A stretch of DNA of 34,025 bases from Gammaproteobacteria bacterium (GTDB lineage: Bacteria > Pseudomonadota > Gammaproteobacteria > UBA1113): positions 1-34,025 of the forward strand of contig JBIPMB010000002.1 of the NCBI GenBank assembly GCA_044369355.1. The letters run 5' to 3'. Below, in pieces: positions 33,557 through 34,025 of this stretch. Below the pieces are notes generated by a model, which saw only the letters and a list, made by a program, of their open reading frames with translations, did not search any database and was not told where the DNA came from. Each line of letters opens with the position of its first letter. Positions within the stretch are counted from its first letter, which is position 1. The position numbers and the translations under genes are program-made.

Positions 33557-34025
33557 ATGATTAACTTAAGAGTATTACTCTGCTTCTTATTTATCAGCAC
33601 GCGTGCCTTCGCCGCCGCAAACCCTTATCTTTATTCTGCAGTAGATCAACGTAGTCCATTCGACACCACACAAGAACAAAGCAATGCTGTAGATAAAGAT
33701 CATCTTACTCTCAACTTTCAAGACATTCCAGTGCGAGCGGCATTAAACATCATTACTCGTTCTGCAGGCATCAATAGTGCCATCAGCGACAGTATCAAAG
33801 GAAATATTACTTTACACTTAAAAGACATTCCTTGGCAGGAAGCCTTAGACATCGTCTTAAAAACAAAAGGTTTAAGCAAATTATATTTAGATCAAGTTTT
33901 ATTAATAGCGCCTAGCGATGAAATTGCCGCCAGACAGAAAGCCGCATTAGAGTTGCAGCAACAAGTGCAAGAATTAGAACCCTTGCAAACGACAGTGATT
34001 ATTTTAAATTATGCCAAAGCGGAAG
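33557..34025 (+). CDS. pilQ: Type IV pilus secretin PilQ, 5' partial (runs off the window end; not in the ORF track because no stop is reached)
   Basis: My translation gives MINLRVLLCFLFISTRAFAAANPYLYSAVDQRSPFD...LTLNFQDIPVRAALNIITRSAGINSAISDSIKGNITLHLKDIPWQEALDIVLKTKGL...VIILNYAKAE. This shows a signal peptide plus secretin N0/STN-type domains. AGAGGA lies 6 nt upstream of the ATG. Confidence 0.85.
   Translation, partial: MINLRVLLCFLFISTRAFAAANPYLYSAVDQRSPFDTTQEQSNAVDKDHLTLNFQDIPVRAALNIITRSAGINSAISDSIKGNITLHLKDIPWQEALDIVLKTKGLSKLYLDQVLLIAPSDEIAARQKAALELQQQVQELEPLQTTVIILNYAKAE

Overview
This 34 kb window looks like chromosome from a gammaproteobacterium with the gene content of a host- or amoeba-associated Legionellales-type organism; that assignment is inference, since no taxonomic marker is present. 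The conserved backbone is clear. It comprises hypA-hypB-hypF (minus strand), ubiA, a tightly coupled tkt-gap-pgk-pyk glycolytic operon (minus strand), and ponA (PBP1A) divergent from pilM-pilN-pilO-pilQ. Accessory genes with eukaryote-like or secondary-metabolite content sit between these blocks. They include an ankyrin-repeat protein, an MFS exporter with an LCM-family methyltransferase, and a 21-aa-repeat (LRR/FNIP-like) protein carrying a KRRR nuclear-localisation-like patch. There is also a roughly 10 kb accessory segment (about 14.96-25.13 kb), followed by a 1160-aa membrane protein combining Sel1 repeats, an SH3-like domain and a eukaryotic TKL-type kinase domain. The accessory segment holds a DUF4143 AAA ATPase, an apparent operon of aldo-keto reductase, single-module C-A-T-R NRPS and PAS hybrid histidine kinase with two receiver-like modules, and a divergent sensor-less histidine kinase. 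The NRPS is far more AT-rich than its surroundings (spot counts 22-25% GC versus 48% in tkt). The segment is bracketed in inverted orientation by copies of an unusual palindromic motif, and one end abuts a 163-bp long palindrome. Other non-coding structures are a GC-rich REP-like palindrome between pgk and pyk and two long perfect hairpins. The best candidate for an undescribed system is the NRPS-reductase-kinase cluster, interpreted as a small-molecule synthesis and sensing module. The Sel1-SH3-kinase protein is second. No tRNA, rRNA, CRISPR array, transposase or integrase was found.
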